Shown here: one piece after another, positions 1 through 14,521 of the stretch
Layout of the letters: each line of letters starts with the position of its first letter
Numbering within the stretch: position 1 is the first letter of the stretch
Assembly: GCF_000315625.1 (NCBI RefSeq)
Contig: NW_005434569.1
Span: forward strand, 89,349-153,348
Direction of reading: 5' to 3'
Length of the DNA stretch: 64,000 bases
DNA from: Guillardia theta CCMP2712
Lineage: Eukaryota > Protista > Cryptophyta
Translations under genes and position numbers: made by a program
The notes under the pieces: generated by a model
The model's input: the letters and a program-made list of their open reading frames with translations, nothing else
Databases searched by the model: none
What the model was told of the DNA's origin: nothing

Positions 1-11
1 AGCTGGACTTC

Positions 12-3000
12 TTGATGCGCGCAAGAGGCCATCCAGGGATGAAGGTGGTGGATATGAACACTCTCTCTGAGAAGAAGAAAACAGAGAAGAACAGCAAAAT
101 CACCATCACGAAACAGAGATCGTTCGATGCCCGCGGCTCAGAGGTCCATTCCGTTGATACCCTGCATGCGTCAGCGTCAGTCAAAACTGGGACTCAGGCT
201 GTTCAGTTCTTTGCGACAGCGGATGAGAGCGAAGAGACGAAAGTGATGTTTCTCAACCGATGTGACACGGGCTTGGACTTCCGACCATATGACCTCGTCG
301 TTGTTCCAAGAGAAGAGATAAAACAAGAGCATTTCACTATTTCAGCCTCGGGAGTTGTTCATATCAATCCTGGTGAACCTGCCCAGTTCACGCCCCTGTC
401 AGAGTGGTGGAGAGCTTCTTCTATCTTCGGCACTCTCCGGACGATTCCATTCTTCAAGAACTACCTCGTTGCGAAAACTCGAATGCTGTGGTATGAAAAC
501 GTGAGATATAGAAAGTATTGTCAAGTTCGACGTCGTCTAGTGTCGCGGCTCTTCCTGGCTAAGAAAGCTTTCTTCTCGATCCTGATGGAGATCAACAGAC
601 AAACCTTCGACTTGAGAAACGTCAAGTTCATTCAAGTGAAGGACAAAACAACCTACTCTATCGACGACTTCGCTGAGAGTCAAACAGTGGTCAGATCGCA
701 GGCGACCAAGGTGTTTGAGGGCATCTGCGACAAGGTTCAGACGCTCTTGGAGAAAGTCTGTGAAGACGTCTCGTCGCGTGTCAGGCAGTTGGAACTTGGC
801 CCCAAGGAAGACGAGGAGAAGAACGCGAGTGGCAAAGTAAGAAGCAAATCCATGCAGCAGGAGAAGCAGGAGGCGATCGCAAGGCAGAAATCGTTGGCCC
901 TGGCGCGGCAGGAGGTGGGTCTTCTGACTAACTTCATCCGGCTGGCGGACTACATGATGGTGGAAAGTTTGATGACGCTGACGGTTGAGAGCACGGAGGA
1001 CTTCCTAGTGATGCTGCAGTCCAACCACAAGGTGGGAGTTTACAGCATCACGCTCAGCATGGCAAGAGGTCGAATCTTGTACTCTCCCGAGCTCTCTGAC
1101 ATCCAGGCGATGATGGAGATCTTCTTGGATGCGCTGCTCAACTGTGTGCAGTCAGTGCCGAGATTGTTGTACATGTCGGTATTCAAGCCTCACTTCGACG
1201 ACAAAGTCATTGGGCCCAACTTGATGGACATGATTAAGACGAGTACAGTCTGGAAGCAAATCTGCAAAGAGATCGACGAGGTGATCTTGCGAGACTTCAA
1301 CGACATGGTCTCCTACAGCGACTTTGCAAAGGCGTACTTCCCCATCTTCGAGTACTCCGCAGACTACGATCACGATGCGTTCAAGAACCAAGACCATCTG
1401 CAAAACAGCAGGTCGATCAAGCTTGAGATGTTGAAACTCAGAGGATGGGGAGAAGACTTGGATCGAATGAAGCTGCAGAACGTGAACGGGATCTTCCAGG
1501 TGGACAGCAAGACCCTGAAGCATTTCCTGGTGAGCGAGAAGGACAGGGTGTTGGAGGACATGAAGTCCGTGGTCCTCGAAGCTGCAAAGGAGAGCTGTGC
1601 AAAGGTGTTGTCCGACTTCCAGCAGAAAATCAAGATGCTGTCGAAGAAGCCTACCTCTCTCAAAGACTTCGCGTCCTACGTGGAAACGAAGAACGCCATC
1701 ACTAACGAGCTGAAGCTGCTCATGACTTCGTCGCAGACTGTAGACGAGATGTACAAGGTGCTGGTGCAGTTTGACGTTCGGATCCCCTCAGCACAGATGG
1801 TCCTGCTTGACGACCTGCACGCCGTCAACTCGCAGTTTCAGATGCACCTGGACGGGGCAGAGACGGAAGTAAGCGGAAAGATCTCACAGATGTCATCGAC
1901 CCTCAAGAGTCAGATCAACAAACTTGACGATCAGCTCATGAATATCATGGCTTCCCTGGGCTCCGGCATCGTCCTCGACCCCGAGGCCGACTGCAAGGAC
2001 GTGCTGGAGTTCCTGAGCGAGTCCAAGGTAGTCATCGACGACATCAAGCTCGACGCGGAGACGTACTCGCACTATCAGAAGCTCTTCGGCCTCCCTCAGC
2101 ACGAGTACGGGAACCTGATGACGGCGAGCGACATGTTCGACAAGAAGCAGGAGGTCTGGAAGACGATCAACGACTGGGAGGACAATGTCTTCGACTGGCA
2201 GTCGCAGAGCTGGTTCAAGCTGAAGCCCGACGACATGGACAAGGAGATCCAGTCGATGACGAAGCTTGCCACAAAGTTGCACAAGAGGGACAACGACGCG
2301 GTGTCAGAGCGACTGAAGCAGTCCGTCATGCGATGGAAGGGCTTCACTCCTGTCCTCGTCGCCCTCGGGAACCCAGCGCTCAAGGAGAGGCACTGGAAGA
2401 AAATCTTCGAGGCCATGCAGGTGCCGTACCAGCAGGACTTCACGCTCATGGACCTGATCCAGTGGAACGTGTTCATGATCAAGGACACAGTGGAGGAGGT
2501 GTCTGGGGTGGCATCTGGGGAGATGGCGCTGGAGCTACAGCTGCAGAAGATCGAGACGGCATGGAGCGAACTCAAGTTCCAAGTCAAGAATTACAGAGAC
2601 ACCAAAGATGTCTTCATTCTAGGAGGTGTTGCCTCTTCCTTCCCCCCTTCCCTCCTCCTCCTCCTCCTCCTCCTCCTCTTCCTCCTTCCAACATTCTCCG
2701 TGTTCCCCCCGTGATGCTTTCCTTGCCTCCCTTCGCTCGCTCCCTCTCTTCCTTCCTTGCCTGCCTAACTGCCTTCTCCTCTCTTTGTTCGCCTCCTCCT
2801 ACCCGCCCCTTGCTCTCGCGCTCGATCGCATTGTCCTGACGCGCTTTTGCTGCAAAGGCCTCGACGAAGTCTTCGCTCAGCTGGAGGACAACCAGGCGGC
2901 GCTGCAAACGATGCTCGCCTCCCGCTTCGTGGTCGGCATCAGGGCCGAGGTGGAGAGCTGGGACAAGAAACTCTCCCTCCTCTCCGAGACCCTCGACGAG

Positions 3001-6000
3001 TGGCTGGCGGTACAGCGGTCTTGGATGTACCTCGAGAGCATCTTCGGCGCCCCGGACATTCAGAAGCAGCTGCCGCAGGAGACTGTTCAGTTCCTCCGGG
3101 TGGACCAGAGCTGGAAAGACACCATGAGGAAGACCAAGAAGCGGCCTAACTGCATCGAGGCCTGCACAGCTGAGGGGGTGCTGGGCTTGTTCCAGGAGGC
3201 CAATAAGGTGCTGGAGAAGATTCAGAAGAGCCTGGAGGACTACCTGGAGACCAAAAGGATGGGATTTCCCCGCTTCTATTTCCTCTCCAACGACGAGCTG
3301 CTCGAGATCCTCTCTCAGACCAGGGACCCCAAGGCGGTTCAGCCCCATCTCCGCAAGTGCTTCGACGCCATGGCGTCTGCAGACTTCGAGGAGGGGCCTC
3401 CCCTCGAGGGCCAGACCGCTCCCTCCATCCAGCTCGCTGCCATGAACAGCGCAGAGAAGGAGAAGGTCGTCTTCAGCCGCCCCGTCGCCACGGCCCCCAA
3501 GAGTGTGGAGTTCTGGATGTGCGACTTGGAGTTCATGATGCGGCAGACCCTGTTGGACTGGACCATCAAGGCGCGTGCGGCGTACAACGATGACGTCAGA
3601 GAGACTTGGTTCTTCCAGTTCCCCGCCGCCTCCATCTCCACCATCGACCAGGAGGCCTGGACGCGCCTGGCGACCGTCGCAATCACATCCATCACAGACG
3701 GCAGCAACCCCAACGGCCTGCTGGACTTCCAGAAGTACTCGATCGAGCAGATCGACAAGATGGTCGGAGTGATCCGCAACGACCTGACCAACATCCAGCG
3801 GTCAGTCATGGCAAACCTGATCGTCATAGACGTCCACGCCCGTGACGTCACCAAGAGGCTCATAGCCGACAGAGTCACCTCCGTCACTGACTTCGCCTGG
3901 ATCTGTCAGCTGCGCTACTACTGGGACGAGGAGAGCATCAGTGACCAGCATGGGGTGCTGGTGAAGCAGACGAACGCCTCCTTCTTCTATGGCTGGGAGT
4001 ACCTCGGCGTCGTCCCTCGCCTCGTTATCACCCCCCTCACCGACAAGTGCTTCATGACTCTTACTGGTGCCCTCAACCTCCTCCTCGGCGGAGCTCCGGC
4101 GGGCCCTGCGGGGACAGGCAAGACTGAGTCAGTGAAGGACCTCGGGAAGGCGCTGGCGATGCCTGTGGTTGTCTTCAACTGCTCTGACGGCCTCGACTAC
4201 AAGATGATGGAGAAGTTCTTCGCCGGGCTGGCGCAAGCGGGCGCCTGGGCCTGCTTCGACGAGTTCAACAGGATCGACATCGAGGTGCTGTCAGTGATCG
4301 CACAGCAGATCATGACGATACAGAACGCGCTCAAGGCCTACGCCGAGCGGTTCGAGTTCTTCGGCAAGGTGATCGGGCTCAACAGGAACTACGGCTGCTT
4401 CATCACTATGAACCCCGGGTACGCCGGGAGGACGGAGCTGCCCGACAACCTCAAGGCGCTGTTCCGGCCCATGGCGATGATGGTGCCGGACTACGCGCTC
4501 ATCGCAGAGATCATGCTCTTCTCCGAGGGCTTCGGCGACTCTCTCACGCTCGCTCGCAAGCAGACGGCCATGTACCGGCTGGCGTCGGAGCAGGTGTCGG
4601 CCCAGGACCACTACGACTTCGGCATGAGGGCGGTGAAGTCTGTGCTGGTGATGGCGGGGAAGCTAAAGCGAGCAGACCCAAACATGGTGGAGGACGTGAC
4701 TCTCATCCGAGCTCTGCGCGACAGCAACATCCCCAAGTTCCTCTCGCACGACATTCCGCTCTTCGAGGCGATCCTCCGCGACCTGTTCCCAGGGGTGGAG
4801 GTGCCTGCCGTGGACTACGGGACGATCAAGTCGTACATCGAGCAGGAGCTGGTCGGACAGAAGCTGCAGATCATTGGGCCGTTCGTAGGAAAGATCATCC
4901 AGCTGCACGAGACCATGATAGTGCGCCACGGGATCATGTTGGTAGGGGTCACAGCCGTCGGCAAGACGACGGTGTCGACGACTCTTGCTCGCACATTCAC
5001 CAAGATGAAGGAGGACGGGATCGAGCACTTCGATAGGGTCGACCGCTACACCCTCAACCCCAAGTCCATCACCATGGGAGAGCTCTACGGAGAGTTCAAC
5101 CTCCTGACTCTCGAGTGGACTGACGGCATCATCTCCACCATCGTCCGAGAAGCATGCAACTCCGTGGCGGAGGGAGACACGGCCAAGAAGTGGATCAACT
5201 GCGACGGGCCAGTCGACGCCATCTGGATCGAGTCGATGAACACTGTACTAGACGATAACAAGACGCTCTGCCTCAACAACGGTGAGAGGATCAAGTTGCC
5301 CGCTACCATGTCCATGCAGTTCGAGGTCAACGACTTGGCCGTTGCGTCTCCCGCCACGGTCAGTCGATGCGGCATGGTCTACCTCGAGCCCGTCTACCTC
5401 GGATGGAAACCGCTCGTCACCTCCTGGGCCTCTTACGTCCTCGCCGAGCGATTCCCCGAGAGCGAGAGCAAGGTGCTCGAGCTCTTCGAGAAGACGGTGG
5501 ATCCTGCGCTGTTCTTCGTGAGGAGGGAGTGTAAAGAGAACATCGTCTCGACCGACGTCAACCTCGTCTGCAGCATGTTCAACCTCCTCGACGCCCTCCT
5601 GCGCGACACCCACGGGGTGACGGTTGACAACTTTGACAGCATGCTGCCCAACGTCTTCGTCTTCTCCTTCGTCTGGTCCATAGGTGGCAACCTCAACGAC
5701 TCCTCCCTCCCAAAGTTCAACGGCTTCGCCCGCGAGCTCCTGGCCGGCCTCGGCCTCTCCCTGCCTTCCACTCCCTCCCTGTACGACAGCAAGGTCGACG
5801 AGCAGTCGGGAGCATGGAGCCACTGGGAGCAGTCCGTCCCGTCCTTCACCTACAAGAAGGAGCTTCCCTTCTTCAACCTCATCGTCCCAACCATCGACTC
5901 AACCAGGGTCAAGTTCCTGATTCGGGCGGACATCGACGCCGGTTTTCACGTCCTCATTGGGGGAAACTCTGGCGTCGGCAAGACCGTCATGATCCAGGAC

Positions 6001-7321
6001 TACCTCGAGAGCGCGGGAGAGAAGTTCGTGTTCCAGACCAAGTCGTTCTCAGCTCAGACCTCAGCCCGGGCCCTGCAGGCCTTCTTTGAGGAGAAGCTGG
6101 AGAAGATCAGGAAGAACCTGCTGGGCCCGCCGTCGGGCAAGAACTTCGTCTTCTTCATCGACGACCTGAACATGCCCATGACGGAGAAGTACGGGGCCCA
6201 GCCTCCTATCGAGCTGCTGCGGCAGATTATCAACGTCAAAGATGACAAGAATGGAGGGTTCTACGACCTCAAGAAGATCGGCCTCTTCAAGCGCGTCCAG
6301 CATACCCAGTTCATCGCCGCTAACGCTCCTCCCGGGGGCGGACGGTCCGTGGTCACTGCCCGCCTCCTCCGCCACTTCCATCTCATCAACATCCCGGACC
6401 TGTCCGCCTCCACCATGAAGAAGATCTTCGTCTCCATCGCCAACGGCTTCTTCGCCGACTGGCCCTCCGACTTTGCGGGGCTTGCTGAGCCCCTGGTGGA
6501 GGGGACGCTGGGGGTGTACCAGGATATTCAGCAGGCGCTGCTGCCCATCCCCTCCAAGAGCCACTACACCTTCAACCTCCGCGACCTCGCCAAGGTCATC
6601 CAGGGTATCCTCATGGTGGAGGCGAAGCACGTGGAGGACGTGAACGCGCTGCTCCGGCTCTGGTGCCACGAGAGCTCTCGAGTCTTCCGCGACCGCCTGG
6701 TGGACGAGCACGACAGGAGCTGGTACGACGACAAGCTGGTGGAGGTGCTGGAGAAGAACTTCTCCAAGGCCTGGGGGGCCAGCGCGTTCGTGGACGTGGT
6801 GTGGGGAGACTTCTTGCAAGGGGAAGGGTCGCCCTACCTGGAGATCGCAGACATGGAGCTCGCAGCCTCCAAGTTGAAGGAGTTTGCGGAGGACTACACG
6901 CTCAACCTCAACAAGCCCATGGACCTCGTCTTCTTCAAGGACGCCATCCAGCATGTCGGCAGGATCTCCCGCCTCCTTCGCCAGCCCCGTGGCAACGCGC
7001 TGCTGGTGGGAGTGGGAGGGAGCGGGAGGCAGAGCCTGACTCGGCTGGCGTCCTTCATAGCGGACATGAAGTGCTTTCAGATCGAGCTGTCGCGAGGATA
7101 CGGTCTGAACGAGTTCCACGAGGACCTGAAGAAGCTGCTGATTCAGGCGGGGGCGGAAGGAAAGCCGACGGTCTTCTTGTTCACGGACACACAGATCGTG
7201 AAGGAGAGTTTCTTAGAAGACATCAACAACATCCTCAATGCTGGTACATCCTTCCTTCCTCCTTCCCTCATCCTCACCCTGCATGAATGCTGCTCCTGCT
7301 CCTGCTCCCGCTCCCGCTCCC

Positions 7322-7413
<92 letters not shown>

Positions 7414-9339
7414 TCATCTCCTCCGCACTCTTTCCTCTCCCTCTCCTCTTCTTCTTCTCTCTCAGTTTGTTGTTCCTCATCTCACAAGTCTTATTCAGGT
7501 GAAGTACCCGACCTATTTGCAAACGATGAGATGAGCAAGATCATTGATGCTGTTCGTCCCAAGGCAAAGGCTGCCGGCAGGTGAGACGCGTCAATGATGA
7601 TGACGATGATGATCACGATGACGATGACGATGATGATGATGATTGCAAGGCTGGAGACAAAGGACTCTATCTATTCCTACTTTGTCCAACTTTGTCGAGA
7701 GAATCTTCATTGCGTCCTTGCTTTCAGGTGATTTGAACGCCCTTTTCTTCTCTATCTCTCCTCGCTTTCTCTCTCTTCCTCCTCCTCGCCCTCCTCTCTT
7801 CATCTTGCCTCCTATCTTCGGCCACCACAACCAGCTTTCCTTCGCTCCTCACTTCTCCTCCTCTCTTGCTGATCTTCCGTCAGTCCCGTCGGAGATTCAT
7901 TCAGGAATCGCCTCCGCATGTTCCCATCGCTCGTCAACTGCTGCACCATCGACTGGTTCATGTCATGGCCCGAGGACGCGCTCATATCCGTTGCTAAACA
8001 GTTCCTTGCCAAGGTGAACTCCCCGCATGCATCTCCTTCTCCCCTTGCTCCTCCTCCTCCTCCTCCTCCTCCTCCATCGCCCTCTCCCCCTCCCCCTTCT
8101 TCCTCCTCTCCCCTTCCTCCTCCTCTTCCTCTTCCTCCTCCTCTCCCTTCTTTGCCCCCCTCTCTTCCTCCTCTTCCTCCTTTATCTCCTTATTGTCTTC
8201 TTCCGCTACATCTACTACCACCTCCTCCTACATCTCCCTCCCTCACGACATCATCGTGAAACTTGCTCTCTCTCCCGTCCTCCTCTTCACCATCCTGCAG
8301 ATCGATCTCGGCAGCACGGCTATCAGGAACGCCGTCTGCAACGTCTGCATGACCATCCACTCCTCCGTGCGCAGCTGCGCCGCCAAGTTCCTGCAAGAGC
8401 TTAGGAGGCACACCTACACCACTCCCACCAGCTACCTTGAGCTGATCAACATGTACACGTCGATGCTGGAGCAGGAGAGGAAGACCATCAACGACAAGGT
8501 GGAGCGCTACCAGAGCGGATGCGACAAGCTGGAGGCGACCAACGCCATGGTGTCGCAGCTCCAGGCTGAGATCATCAAGTTGCAGCCCGTGCTGGAGGTT
8601 GCGGGGAGAGAGACGACGGAGCTGATCAGTGTCGTCACCAAGGACAAGGAGGCGGCTGCTGTGGTGCAGGCCAACGTGGAGCAGGAGGCGACCAAGGTGA
8701 ATCAGGCGACGAAGGAGGCAAATGCGATCAAGGAGGACGCACAGAAGGACCTGGACGAGGCTCTTCCTGCCTTCGACTCTGCGGTGAAGGCGCTCAAGGC
8801 GCTGAACAAGAACGACATCACGGAGATCAAGTCGTTCAGCAAGCCGCCGGAGATGGTGCAGACGGTGATGGAGGCTGTGTGTATCCTCAAGGGAGTGAAG
8901 CCCAACTGGGACGAGAGCAAGAAGGTGGGTGATCATTATCATGATGAAAAGGAGGAGGAGGAGGAGGAGGAGGAGGAGGAGGAGGAGGAGGAGATTGGTA
9001 TATGACCTTACGTGATATGATGCTGCAGCTGCTGAACGACAACAACTTCCTCGTTGGTCTTGAAACCTATGACAAAGACAATATCTCGGAAAAGATCATC
9101 CGCGGGCTTCAGAAATACATCAACAACCAAGATTTCGTGCCTGATAAGGTAAGATGAAGACAGATGAAATAGCAGGAGAAGCAAGGGATCAATGGAATAC
9201 AGATAGTGATGAGACAGAGGGAGGGAGGGAGGGAGGGAAGGTGGGAGCGAGACAGAGCGGAAGAGAGAAGGGAGAGAGGGAGGAAGGAAAGGAGCACAGG
9301 GACGAGGACGAGGACGAGGATGAGGACGAGGACGAGGAT

Positions 9340-9381
<42 letters not shown>

Positions 9382-12300
9382 TTAGATGTTCGCAGGTCGA
9401 GAAGGTGTCCAAGGCCGCAAAGTCTCTCTGTATGTGGGTCAGGGCCATGGACGTGTACGCGCGAGTCGCCAAGAACGTCGAGCCGAAGAAGCAGAAGCTC
9501 GCAGAAGCTGAGAAGCAGGTGGGGAGCAGCTGGGCTGGTTGCCTGATGGACGGTCTTGTCCTTGCTGAACAGGTTCTGTAGGTGGCGGAGATGAGCAAAC
9601 TGTTGGCGGCGAAGCAGAATGAGCTGCAGACGGTGCTGGATCGAGTGAGGGAGCTGGAGAACAAGCTGTCGGAGACGCTGAAGAAACGAGACGAGCTGCA
9701 GCAGCAGTCGGACGAATGTCAGGCGCGTCTGGGTCGAGCTGAACAGCTCACGGGTGAGAAGATCCGAGAGATTTGGCAGTTGATGATGATGATGATGATG
9801 GTGATGAGGATGATGATAAGGACGATGATGATGATGATGATGATGAGAACAATGATGATGATGATGATGAGAACAATGATGACAACGATGATAACGATGG
9901 ACGATCAGGCGGCCTTGCAAGTGAGCAGAGGAGGTGGACGGCGGAGCTGAAGCAGCTCAACCAGGACAAGATCGATCTCATTGGCAACATCCTCCTCTCC
10001 GCCGGCTCCATCGCCTACTCGGGGCCCTTCACCTCCACCTTCCGGCACCAGCTCATCCAGGAGTGGGTCGCCTCTTGCAAGGAGTATGAGATCCCCGTCG
10101 ACAACCATTTCACTCTCGAGCGCGTCCTCGGGGACCCTCCCGAAGTCCGTCAGTGGAACATCCAAGGGCTGCCTGCTGACCCTCTCTCCGTCGAGAACGG
10201 CATCATCGTAACCCGCGGCCGTCGCTGGCCTCTAATGATCGATCCGCAGACGCAGGCGAACAGGTGGATCAGAGCGATGGAGAAGAAGAACAGGATCCAG
10301 GTGATCAAGCTTACTGAGAGCACCTACCTCCGCACCCTCGAGAACTGCATCCGGGTCGGCAACCCCGTGCTGCTGGAGAACGTGGAGGAGAATCTCGACC
10401 CAGCTCTAGAGCCCGTGCTCTCCCGCCAGGTCTTCAAGCAGCAGGGTCGCCTCCTTATCCGCCTCGGTGACACGGACGTGGACTACAGCCCGGACTTTCG
10501 CTTCTACGTTACTAGCAAGCTGCCGAACCCCCACTACCCCCCCGAGATCTGCGTCAAGGTGACGGTAGTCAACTTCACGGTGACGCCCAAGGGCCTCGAG
10601 GACCAGCTGCTGGTGCAGGTGGTGGCGCACGAACGGCCGGAGCTCGAGGAAGAGAAGAACAACCTCGTGCTGCAGATCGCGACCGGGCAGAAGCAGCTCA
10701 AGGACATCGAGGACAAGATCCTGCACATGCTCGCCGTGTCGCAGGGGAACATCCTGGACGACACAGAGCTCATCGAGACGCTGGGAGCGAGCAAGACAAC
10801 GTCGGTCGAGATCAATTCCCAGCTCGCCCAGGCCTCGGAGACTAAGACGAAGATCGACACAGCATGTGAGGGCTACCGGCCCGTGGCGAAGAGAGGAGCG
10901 CTCCTGTACTTCGTGGTGGCAGACCTGGCAGGGATCGACCCCATGTACCAGTACTCCCTCCAGTTCTTCGTGAAGCTCTTCAACAGCTCTATGGACCGAG
11001 CGGCTCACAGTGAGGACCTGGAGGAGAGGGTTCAGACCATGATCCGCGTTATCACCGAGGACGTGTACACTCAAGTGTGCCGGGGGCTCTTCGAAAAGGA
11101 CAAGAAACTTTTCTCGTTCCTCATCACCGTCCAGATCCTCCGGATGGAGCAGGAGAGCATCTCCGACGGAGAGTGGTCCTTCTTCCTCACCAAGGGAGGC
11201 TTCGTGGACGAGAACGACCTCCCTCTGAACCCGGCAGAGGACTTCATCAACAAGACAGTGCTCGGAGGGCTCAAGAACCTCGACGCGATCCCGACGTTCC
11301 ACGGGGTGCTGGACAGCTTCAGGCAGGAGACGGAAGCATGGAGGGAATGGTGTCAAAACGACTCTCCTCAGGACCTGAAGCTGCCAGCTGGATGGGGGGA
11401 GCGGCTAAACGCCTTTCAGCAGCTGATGCTCATGCGAGTGCTGCGCGACGAGAAGGTCGTGGCGGCGGTAACGATCTTCATCCTCAACAACGTGGGGAAG
11501 TTCTTCGTGGACGTGCCCGCCTTCGACCTCGCGTCCTCGTACAAGGACTCCTCTCCCCTCATCCCCATCATCTTCGTGCTCTCGACGGGAGCAGACCCGA
11601 CGCTCTACCTGCAGAACCTGGCCAGGGACATGGGCTTCTTCGAGCGGCTGAAGATGATCTCGCTGGGGCAGGGGCAGGGCCCCATCGCTGAGTCGCTCAT
11701 CTCCATGGGGAGGGAGGGAGGAGACTGGGTGTGCCTGCAGAACTGTCACCTTGCTTCCTCGTGGATGCCTGAGCTCGAGAAGCTGCTGGAGAGCCATCAA
11801 AGCCTCAAGCTGCACGAAGACTTCCGGCTGTGGCTGACCTCGATGCCCTCCAAGGTGTTCCCAGCTAGCGTCCTGCAGTCTGGGATCAAGCTGACCAACG
11901 AGCCTCCCAAGGGGCTGAGAGCGAACCTGAAGCGAACGTACGAGGACTTGACGGAGGAGGAGTTTGAATACTTCGACGTCAAGGAGGGCCTTGAGGACAA
12001 GGACAACAAGAGTCGAGCATGGAAGAAGCTGCTCTTCGGCCTGAGCTTCTTTCACGCGAGCATTCAAGAGAGGAGGAAGTACGGAGCCATCGGCTGGAAC
12101 ATCCGGTACGAGTGGAACCAGTCGGACCTGCTCACCGCCATGGCGAACTTGCGCATGTACCTGGAGGAGCAGAGCGAGGTCCCGTACGAGACTCTGAGAT
12201 ATGTGGTGGGAGATGTCAACTACGGAGGAAGAGTGACGGACTACATGGACCAGCGATGTGTTGCTGCTATCCTGAGCACCTACTTCTGCGACGAGGCTGT

Positions 12301-13544
12301 CCGCGACGACAACTACAGGTACACCGAGGATGGCAAGTACTATGCCCCCGTACGAGGAGGCATCGAGGACACTCGGGAGTATGTCGACAACCTGCCCTTG
12401 CTCGATCGCCCCGAAGTGTTCGGCCTCCATCGCAACGCGGCCATCGCCTTCGAGAACAGCGAGACCAAGTACTTTGTGGAGACGATCATCTCCATCCAGC
12501 CTCGCAGCGGGGGAGGAGGAGGAGGCAAGTCGACGGATGAGATCGCTGCCGAGCTAGCAGCGGATCTTGCGAGCAAGCTGCCTGCGGTAATGGAGAGAAT
12601 CTTTGTGCTTCAGCCCTGACTCGTTCCTCTTGCAGGCGCTGACCGACAAGAACGCGGCGGAAGCAACCTTCGTCAAGGACAAGAACGGGGCCATGAACTC
12701 TCTGGGAACCTTCCTGCAGATTGAGATGGGCAAGTTCAACAAGCTGCTCAAGGCCATGTCGACGTCTCTCGACGAGCTTCAAAGGGCCATCAAGGGTACC
12801 ATAGTCATGTCAGCGCAACTGGACGCCATGTATCAGGCTCTCATCTTCCAGCGGGTCCCCGACGTCTGGTCCAACGTTGGGTACCTCTCCCTCAAGCCCC
12901 TCGGCTCCTGGATCAAGGACTTCACGCAGAGGATGGACTTCATGTCCAGGTGGATCGAGCACGGACCCCCGGACGCCTTCTGGATGTCGGCCTTCTTCTT
13001 CCCGCAGGGCTACATGACCGCAGCGCTGCAGATGTACGCGAGGAACACCATGATAGCCATCGACACCCTCGACTTCCGCACTCAAGTCCTCGCCATCACT
13101 CCCGAAGAAGTCGTCTCCAGCCCCAAGCAGGTGAGCCTCCTCCTGACCTCCCCCAGCAGGAGCTCATGGTGGTGCAGGGCGTCTACTTCTATGGCTCCTT
13201 CGTGGAGGGCGCGAGGTGGGATAGCAAGACAGGCTCGCTGGAGGAGAGCCACGTCGGGGAGACTCACGTGTACATGCCTGTCATCTGGCTCGACCCCATA
13301 GTCAAGGACGACTCCTACGGCCGCGAGCCCGGCACGTACAACTGCCCCTTCTACAAGGCAAGGGAGGAGCTGAGAAAGCAGAGAGACTGACTGCCCCCTT
13401 CAGGTCTCCTCGCGTGCTGGGACGCTCTCCACGACCGGTCACTCCACCAACTACATCAGAAGCCTTCAGCTCCCGGCTGGCAACAGCTCATCAGAGCACT
13501 GGGTGAGAAGGTCCGTAGCGCTGCTGTCGTCGTTGGACGACTAG
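12..13544 (+). CDS. Axonemal dynein heavy chain, single-headed inner-arm type (DNAH6-like). 12 exons: <=12-2625, 2858-7243, 7499-7580, 7650-7727, 7884-8013, 8301-8924, 9029-9148, 9396-9518, 9582-9753, 9909-12586, 12636-13130, 13178-13357, 13404-13544 (13 segments counting the last; the 5' end may lie outside the window)
   Basis: Four P-loops (GPAGTGKT, GVTAVGKT, GNSGVGKT, GVGGSGRQS), CFDEFNRI, FITMNPGYAGRTELPDNLK, FPRFYFLSNDELL, RWPLMIDPQ, LQNCHLA and the C-terminal RAGTLSTTGHSTNY. Frame-restoring splice sites were located by hand. Stop TAG at 13542-13544. Confidence 0.96.
7270..7412. repeat. (CTCCTG)n microsatellite in dynein intron 7244-7498
   Basis: Visible hexamer run; explains the poly-CS/AP/L ORF artefacts. 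Confidence 0.95.
9301..9381. repeat. (GACGAG)n microsatellite in dynein intron 9149-9395
   Basis: Visible hexamer run. Confidence 0.95.
9782..9906. repeat. (GAT)n degenerate microsatellite filling dynein intron 9754-9908
   Basis: Visible trinucleotide run reaching almost to the acceptor CAG. Confidence 0.93.
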
Positions 13545-13785
13545 CGCCGAGTGGAGCGCGAAGATTTGCCGAGTAAACAAAGACATGTAGCGATCAAGGT
13601 TGCTTTCCCAACAAGTTGCCTGTCGATCTGTGCTTCGATTCCATCACGAAAGCCTTGTCTGTGGGAGAGGTCAGGCTGAGAACAATCATATCCAAGCTCT
13701 CACTGTTCTTGGAGGCAAGTTTCCTCCCCCGACTGATCCACAAACCAATCAACGCGTGAGAGCTGAGAGTGAAGCAGCATGAATC

Positions 13786-14436
13786 TCACATCTCTTCCAA
13801 CTCCTTGCGGTCCAGCTCCATCTTCTCCATCGTCTTCGACAACTTGTAGTCGTCTATCGCCATCTGCAAGATAGACACTCCCCTGACAAGCTTCCCGTCA
13901 CAGAGTGTTCTGATGGTCATCAACTGATCTCACCGTCGCTGCAGGTAGTGAGGGGTGCAGTCTCTGACCCTCTTGGGACTCACGTCATGACAGCTGCTCC
14001 CTTGCTCTGAGCGCATCGGACTAGAACGCTCTAGCCCGAGATATCAGACGAGTGGAGAAAAGTTTGCTCACACCTGTGAGACTCGATCGGCTCGTGTCTT
14101 GTAGGTTTGAGTACATCTGCTGGATTGTGTTCCTGTTATCCTCGTCATCGTCGTCAAGAGTTTGCGCATGCGCAGCACCCAGGAGACAGCCTGCTGTTGC
14201 TCAGCCTCCAGCTTGCATGTCCGTTTTGAGCTGAAGCTTGAACGGCTCTCAGGTCAGCTGGAGGGGCCTGCGACTTGTCGTGTCACATGTTACAACAAGC
14301 GCTTCATTCTCCTCACTCGATTCGCAAGGAGTTTGCCGGCAGTGTTGAAGAACGCGTCCCATGGCGGCTTTGAGGGCGACGACGAAGACACGGTCAGGCG
14401 CGAGAGCTTTGCAGTCTGCTTGCTTCAGTCACTGAA

Positions 14437-14521
<85 letters not shown>

